Virus record (IMG/VR): IMGVR_UViG_3300008116_000020
Span: 58,157-78,156 of that record
Direction: 5' to 3' (one strand)
From: an uncultured virus (IMG/VR IMGVR_UViG_3300008116_000020)
Lineage: Duplodnaviria > Heunggongvirae > Uroviricota > Caudoviricetes
Length of the DNA stretch: 20,000 bases
This document shows, one piece after another, positions 14,931 through 20,000 of the stretch (the first letter of the stretch is position 1; each line of letters starts with the position of its first letter). The position numbers and the translations under genes were made by a program. Below the pieces are notes generated by a model that was not told the DNA's origin, ran no database searches, and saw only the letters and a list, made by a program, of their open reading frames with translations.

Positions 14931-16001
14931 TTGATGATATGTAAATTATGTAACAACTCTTTCGGTAGACAAGGAGGATCTTTTAACAAACATTTATTAA
15001 AAGATCATAATATTGATAATTATAAAGATTATATCTTATTGGTTGATTATAACAACATACACCCATTATGTGATTGTGGTTGTAATGAAGAAACAACATA
15101 CTTTAATAATGAGTTTAAAAAGTTCAAACATGGACATAATAATTTTGTTAAAAGTATAGAAATTGAAAAAAATAGACCAATAGATGAAATTATTGGTTTG
15201 TACAATAGTGGTAAAACTGGTCAAGAAATATCGAATTTGTTAAATATAGAAAAGTCTTATATATTTAAAATCATTAAAAAGTATTCAAATACTAGGGATA
15301 ATAGTAAGTGTAAATTAAAATATAAAATAGACGATAGTGTTTTTGAAAAAATCGATAGTGAAGAAAGTGCATATTGGTTAGGATTTTTATATGCTGATGG
15401 ATATTTAAATAAAGATAAAAATTCAATAACACTTTCTTTATCGGATAAAGATATAAATATTTTAGAGAAATTTAAGATTTTTTTGAAAAGTGATAAAAAT
15501 ATTAGAAGAAATAAAAATAAGTCAAGTAAATTTGTAATAGAAAATAAAAAGATAACTAATGACTTGATAGATAAAGGTTTATTTCAAGCAAAAACGCATA
15601 TTATAAAATTTCCAAATTTAGAAGACCATTTAAAAAGACATTTCATAAGAGGATATTTTGATGGAGATGGTTGTATAACATATGGTAAAGAAATTAATAA
15701 AAATGCAATAGTTAGCATTGTTTCAAACATAAACTTTTTAAATGAAATTGACAATAATATAGATGTTAAATTTTATTATACAAAGAGACATAAGTATAAA
15801 GATGATAAAATATTAACAATTTCATCTGGTGGTATATGTAATATAATGAAAATATATAGTTATTTATATAAAGAATCAAGTATTTATATGGATAGAAAAA
15901 AAAATAAATTTGATAAATGGTTTGAATACTACTTCGATAATACCAATCTTAGTAATAAAACCTTAAAAATAAAAAATAGTTTAGGATTATGGGGAAAATA
16001 A
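14931..16001 (+). CDS. Free-standing LAGLIDADG homing endonuclease with N-terminal Zn-finger/HTH
   Basis: Two LAGLIDADG motifs (YWLGFLYADG, FIRGYFDGDG); N-terminal CxxC...HxxxxH and CDCGC; C-terminal YLY......M.RK. Likely start is the ATG at 14934. Confidence 0.88.
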   Translation: MMICKLCNNSFGRQGGSFNKHLLKDHNIDNYKDYILLVDYNNIHPLCDCGCNEETTYFNNEFKKFKHGHNNFVKSIEIEKNRPIDEIIGLYNSGKTGQEISNLLNIEKSYIFKIIKKYSNTRDNSKCKLKYKIDDSVFEKIDSEESAYWLGFLYADGYLNKDKNSITLSLSDKDINILEKFKIFLKSDKNIRRNKNKSSKFVIENKKITNDLIDKGLFQAKTHIIKFPNLEDHLKRHFIRGYFDGDGCITYGKEINKNAIVSIVSNINFLNEIDNNIDVKFYYTKRHKYKDDKILTISSGGICNIMKIYSYLYKESSIYMDRKKNKFDKWFEYYFDNTNLSNKTLKIKNSLGLWGK

Positions 16002-16354
16002 TTTTATGTGATATTGACGGAACTATATGCTTTCCGGATATTAAAAATGAAGATTCACATCTTTATCCAACCGCTGAGGTTATAAAAGGTTCTAGAGAAC
16101 AGTTAAACAAATGGTATGATGAAGGTCATCACATTACATTTTTTACTGCTAGAGAAGTTAAAGATAGAGATGTTACCATAAAATGGTTAGATGATAATGG
16201 TTTTAAATACCACGGTTTGATAACTGATAAACCAAGATGTATAAATCAAGATGATGAATACTTCTGGATTGATAATAGAAAGGTAAGAGGAATTACTTAT
16301 GTCGGAAATTGGGGACCTCTTGTAGAAACAGTTGCGACAATAAAAACAATGTAA
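15989..16354 (+). CDS. Small cap-less HAD-superfamily phosphatase
   Basis: Motif I ILCDIDGTI, motif II FFTAR, motif III KP, motif IV WIDN. Confidence 0.85.
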   Translation: MGKIILCDIDGTICFPDIKNEDSHLYPTAEVIKGSREQLNKWYDEGHHITFFTAREVKDRDVTIKWLDDNGFKYHGLITDKPRCINQDDEYFWIDNRKVRGITYVGNWGPLVETVATIKTM

Positions 16355-16358
16355 AATA

Positions 16359-18077
16359 ATGAAAGAATTAGTAGTCATATTATCACACGCTGACACAACA
16401 GATAAAGTTGATGTTCTTAAAGAATGCTTAGTCGAAATAAAAAAACAAAACTATCCGGTTTTGATTTCATCTCATATTGAAATTCCAAATGAAGTTAAAA
16501 ATGAGATTGATTATTTTGTTTATGATAAAGAAAATCCGTTAATCTATCATTGGGAATATCCTAACTTATCACATGTTTATATATGGCAGACTTATCCTGG
16601 TTATAGTCAAACTTATGCTGTTGAATATAATCACTCGTATGCTGTATTAAGATTGATAAAAAATGCTTTAGGTGTGGCATTGGTTAATGGATATGAAAAG
16701 GTTCATTTTGTTAATTATGATTATGTTTTATATGATTCTTATATTTTACAAAATCATTCAAATAAATTAAACGACTATGATCTATTTTCATATTACTATG
16801 ATAAGTTTGAACAAAATAGAGAACATATAAATACCGGTTTATTTTCAGCCAGAACTGAGCCTTTGTTTAACATTTTTAAGAATGTGAATTCGAAAGAGGA
16901 TTTTTTAAGATCTAACCAAGGTGTGTTTGAAAAGTATATGTATTATGAAACTATTAATAATGGTTTAACTATGGATAGAGAAGATCAAGAAATTTTATTA
17001 GCAACTCATAATCACATGAATAGTAAGTCAACATTGAAAAATGTTATTGATGATAAAATTCATGTTTATTTAACAAAAGAGAATAATACTGATAACTATT
17101 ATCTTTACATTAATTCAACTAAAGGTGATGTAATCAATGCCGAACTCACATTTAATGGTGAATTAAGAAATTGGAAACCTATTCCATACAAAGTTAATCT
17201 TCTTAGGCTAGCAAATGATAAACTATCATCTGGTATTAAGTTATATATTCCAGAATATGATTTCACTGATTATTATAACTTAGAATCACACCCAGCTAAG
17301 TGTGATATATCAGATCCATCATTAATACAAGAATTTGAAGATTGTGAATCAATTAATAGAAATGAAGATTTGAATGAAAAAAGTGTTTTATTAAATACAA
17401 CAGAATTAGAAATAAAATCATTTAAAGAGTTAAGTGAATTATATGGAACAGATAAAGTAACATATCATGGATATCATTTCTTTTATCCTAAATTTTTAGA
17501 ATCATTAAGAAATGATGAATTTAATATGTTGGAAATTGGATGGGGTTCTGGTTCGTCTGTTAAGGTTTGGAATGATTATTTCCCAAAATCTAATATATTT
17601 GTTATGGATATAGACATTGAGTACGTAGATGGTCGTCAAAAAGTTATAAAAGGTGATCAATCAAAACAAGAAGACTTAATTAGAATAAAAGAAGAAATAA
17701 AATCTGCTAAATTCATAATAGATGATGGTAGTCATAATCCAATACATCAATTTAATACATTTACATATCTATTTAAAAATTTATTAGAACCGGGTGGAAT
17801 TTATATAATTGAAGATATTGAACTTAGCTATTGGAACCCCGAATCATCATTATATGGTTATGAATCTGGATATTTTAATCTAGTTAATGGTTTTAAAAGT
17901 TTTCAAGAGATGATTAACTCTGAGTTTACAGGAGTTTCAAACTTTTTAGACATCTCTACCATAAATTATGGTCAAAACTGTATTATAATAACTAAAAGAA
18001 CAGATGAGGAAAAATCTTACTTTGAAAGATCTTATAGATTTTCAAATTGTATATCTAATATAAATCACCATGGATAA
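16359..18077 (+). CDS. Fusion of a glycosyltransferase-like N-terminal domain and a class I SAM O-methyltransferase (MycE/TylE-like)
   Basis: C-terminal YGTDK..HGY..FY, MLEIG, IIDDGSH, LEPGGIYIIEDI motifs (strong). The N-terminal GT-A-like call (VVILSH, LISSH, YDKEN, NYD) is tentative. Confidence 0.7.
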   Translation: MKELVVILSHADTTDKVDVLKECLVEIKKQNYPVLISSHIEIPNEVKNEIDYFVYDKENPLIYHWEYPNLSHVYIWQTYPGYSQTYAVEYNHSYAVLRLIKNALGVALVNGYEKVHFVNYDYVLYDSYILQNHSNKLNDYDLFSYYYDKFEQNREHINTGLFSARTEPLFNIFKNVNSKEDFLRSNQGVFEKYMYYETINNGLTMDREDQEILLATHNHMNSKSTLKNVIDDKIHVYLTKENNTDNYYLYINSTKGDVINAELTFNGELRNWKPIPYKVNLLRLANDKLSSGIKLYIPEYDFTDYYNLESHPAKCDISDPSLIQEFEDCESINRNEDLNEKSVLLNTTELEIKSFKELSELYGTDKVTYHGYHFFYPKFLESLRNDEFNMLEIGWGSGSSVKVWNDYFPKSNIFVMDIDIEYVDGRQKVIKGDQSKQEDLIRIKEEIKSAKFIIDDGSHNPIHQFNTFTYLFKNLLEPGGIYIIEDIELSYWNPESSLYGYESGYFNLVNGFKSFQEMINSEFTGVSNFLDISTINYGQNCIIITKRTDEEKSYFERSYRFSNCISNINHHG

Positions 18078-18954
18078 ATTATACAAAATACTAGACGGTA
18101 GAAAAGTATCTGATATAATGTTATCAGATGTAAAAGAAAAAATAAATTGTTTGTGTGAAAACAACGCAATCTCAAGACCGAGTATAGCAATTGTTATTGT
18201 TGGTAATAATCCAGCTTCTGAAACTTACGTTAAGGCTAAAATGAAAGCTTGTGAAAAAGCTGGAATAACCTCTAAACTAATAAGATTTGATGATACAATA
18301 ACAAACTTTGATCTTTATAATGAGATTATTAGACTTAATAAATCGAGTTTAGATGGTTTTATTGTACAACTACCACTACCAGATCATATAGATAAAGATG
18401 CTATTATACACGCTATTTCTCCTGATAAAGATATAGATGGTTTTCATCCACTTAACTTTGGTAAAATGGCTATTGGTCAACCATCTATGAGACCAGCAAC
18501 ACCATATGGAATACTTAAATTAATTCAATACTACAATATTGAAACTAAAGGTAAACACGTTGTTGTCATAGGTCGTTCTAACTTAGTTGGTAAACCAATT
18601 TCAATTATGTTAGGTAATGACTTTGGTATAGGACGATCTACCGTTACATCTTGTGATATAAACACACCAAAAGAATTATTAAAAACACAAACAAGAATGG
18701 CTGATATAATTATTGTTGCTGTTGGTAAACCAAATCTACTTACAGCTGATATGGTTAAAGAAGGATCGGTTATTATTGATGTTGGTATCAATAGAACAGA
18801 AGATGGTAAACTAGTCGGAGATGTTGACTTTGAAAATGTTAGTAAAGTTGCCGGTTATATATCACCGGTTCCTGGTGGGGTTGGTCCAATGACCGTAGCC
18901 GGTCTTATTTTAAATACATTTGAATCTTGGAAGAAAAGAAACCTGATAAATTAG
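18070..18954 (+). CDS. folD: Bifunctional 5,10-methylene-THF dehydrogenase/cyclohydrolase
   Basis: ASETYVKAK, VQLPLP, KDIDGFHP, PATPYGI, GRSNLVGKP, IDVGINR, GDVDF, PVPGGVGPMTVA signatures; 294 aa, full length. Confidence 0.97.
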   Translation: MDKLYKILDGRKVSDIMLSDVKEKINCLCENNAISRPSIAIVIVGNNPASETYVKAKMKACEKAGITSKLIRFDDTITNFDLYNEIIRLNKSSLDGFIVQLPLPDHIDKDAIIHAISPDKDIDGFHPLNFGKMAIGQPSMRPATPYGILKLIQYYNIETKGKHVVVIGRSNLVGKPISIMLGNDFGIGRSTVTSCDINTPKELLKTQTRMADIIIVAVGKPNLLTADMVKEGSVIIDVGINRTEDGKLVGDVDFENVSKVAGYISPVPGGVGPMTVAGLILNTFESWKKRNLIN

Positions 18955-19018
18955 TATGAACAATCACTTAACTAAAGAGGAATTGGAAAGATATAGAGAA
19001 ATACTTAAATAAATTAAA

Positions 19019-19999
19019 ATGAATATAAACGATTATATTAAAGACTTATCAATTAAAGATAAGAAAACATTATCACAGAAAACATTAAAACTTGTAGAAG
19101 AAGTTGGTGAATTAGCAAGAGTTATTTTACCATACGATTCCGCTCATGGAACTAATCACAGATTCACTGATAGAGATGCTATCTTAGAAGAGTTGGTTGA
19201 TGTTTACTTAACAAACATATCTATCTCACACTCACTAGGTTTTACGGATGAAGAGTTTAATGATATGTTGATTAAGAAAAGTGAGAAATGGGGCTCTCTT
19301 CAAGCGAAAGAAGAACAAGCGACCTTCCCTCTGCCATTTGAGATACACGTTACTATTGGTATTGATGAATCTGATAACCTTGATAAAGTAATTGAGATAG
19401 AAAACTTCAAAAGTAATTGTAAAGAAATAGGTGTCAAACCAATTGTAATAGATTTAGAAATAAACGATGGTTCTATACTTAAAGATGTTATGACTAGTTC
19501 TAAACACTTTGGTGATAATAGAACGGCTTATGAAGAATCTGAAAGAATTTGTCAAGAATTAAGAAATAAAGGATATAAAGTTGTAAGAAACAAGATCGAA
19601 ACTGTGCCTTGGCATCCAGCAGCTCCAGTAATTTCAACAGGGAAAGAAATTGAAAATGGTTGTTACTTTGAAGCTCATATCGGAGTTATTATAAATAATG
19701 ATGAGAAGAGATCTCTTAACCATTTTGTAAATGATTTTCTTATGAATGATGAGAATGTTGAATTGAGTGGAACTGCTAAACTATCACAAAACTTTTTCAA
19801 GAAATGTGATAATGGCAAGTTCGTGAATATGTTAACATACAGAAGTAACAATTGTGGTAAAATAAAATTCTTAACCGAAATTGAAACAATAAAATATTTA
19901 CTTGATGAGTATTGTTATGAATATGAAAAAGTAGAAACAGAGTATGCAGTTTATGATACAAATGTTACTCACGATTCAAAATGGATATCAGGCAAATAA
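19019..19999 (+). CDS. MazG-like NTP pyrophosphohydrolase domain fused to an uncharacterised C-terminal domain
   Basis: N-terminal KLVEEVGELA...ILEELVDVY...K..KW (MazG acidic motifs). C-terminal domain with FEIHVT, RNKIE, YFEAHI, VYDTN..HD..W. Complete: TAA at 19997-19999. Confidence 0.75.
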   Translation: MNINDYIKDLSIKDKKTLSQKTLKLVEEVGELARVILPYDSAHGTNHRFTDRDAILEELVDVYLTNISISHSLGFTDEEFNDMLIKKSEKWGSLQAKEEQATFPLPFEIHVTIGIDESDNLDKVIEIENFKSNCKEIGVKPIVIDLEINDGSILKDVMTSSKHFGDNRTAYEESERICQELRNKGYKVVRNKIETVPWHPAAPVISTGKEIENGCYFEAHIGVIINNDEKRSLNHFVNDFLMNDENVELSGTAKLSQNFFKKCDNGKFVNMLTYRSNNCGKIKFLTEIETIKYLLDEYCYEYEKVETEYAVYDTNVTHDSKWISGK

Positions 20000-20000
20000 A

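Noticed and set aside
14931..16001. Intein or group I intron housing the LAGLIDADG ORF
   Set aside because: No intein splice motifs, no interrupted host gene on either side, and only ~60 nt of upstream non-coding sequence, too short for an intron core.
506..18791. Other short overlapping ORFs in the track (506, 2254, 3545, 5148, 5267, 5443, 6877, 13558, 16187, 18531)
   Set aside because: Each lies inside or opposite a longer, better-supported gene and shows no independent motif or expression signal.
1..20000. Stop-codon reassignment (e.g. TAG=Gln as in Lak and some crAss-like phages)
   Set aside because: Recognisable genes (folD, MazG, helicase-MTase, LAGLIDADG) are full length in the standard code and coding density is already high. 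folD ends at TAG at its expected length.
1..20000. Cellular (bacterial) chromosome or eukaryotic giant-virus origin
   Set aside because: folD, Skp and the Rrp8-like domain could suggest these. The dominance of short unknown ORFs, the homing endonuclease, the T4-like N-terminal tags, operon-style overlaps, bacterial terminators and Bacteroidota promoters fit a large phage better. No hallmark capsid or terminase gene is in the window, so this remains inference.

Overview
Very AT-rich, gene-dense 20 kb that reads as part of a large (jumbo/mega) phage genome. The host is probably a Bacteroidota species: TAnnTTTG promoters, no obvious Shine-Dalgarno leaders, standard genetic code. Left: a minus-strand tandem array of otherwise unrelated proteins sharing an N-terminal MK(Y/H)LKxFNE motif that resembles the T4 capsid-targeting sequence. 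Middle: a PD-(D/E)XK nuclease, then a terminator-bounded cassette of DUF723-like Zn-finger repeats, an SF2 helicase fused to an Rrp8-like SAM methyltransferase, and a T5orf172-type GIY-YIG nuclease. The Zn-repeat ORF and the helicase-MTase ORF appear to be one ~1,180-aa gene split by a 19-nt hairpin-forming insertion. A signal-peptide-less Skp/OmpH homologue and two possible virion proteins follow. Right: a metabolic operon with two MazG-like NTP pyrophosphohydrolases, a HAD phosphatase, a GT-like/O-methyltransferase fusion and folD, plus a free-standing LAGLIDADG endonuclease and three small ORFs sharing a C-terminal motif. No tRNA, rRNA or CRISPR array was recognised. All family calls come from motif recognition by eye, not from database searches.
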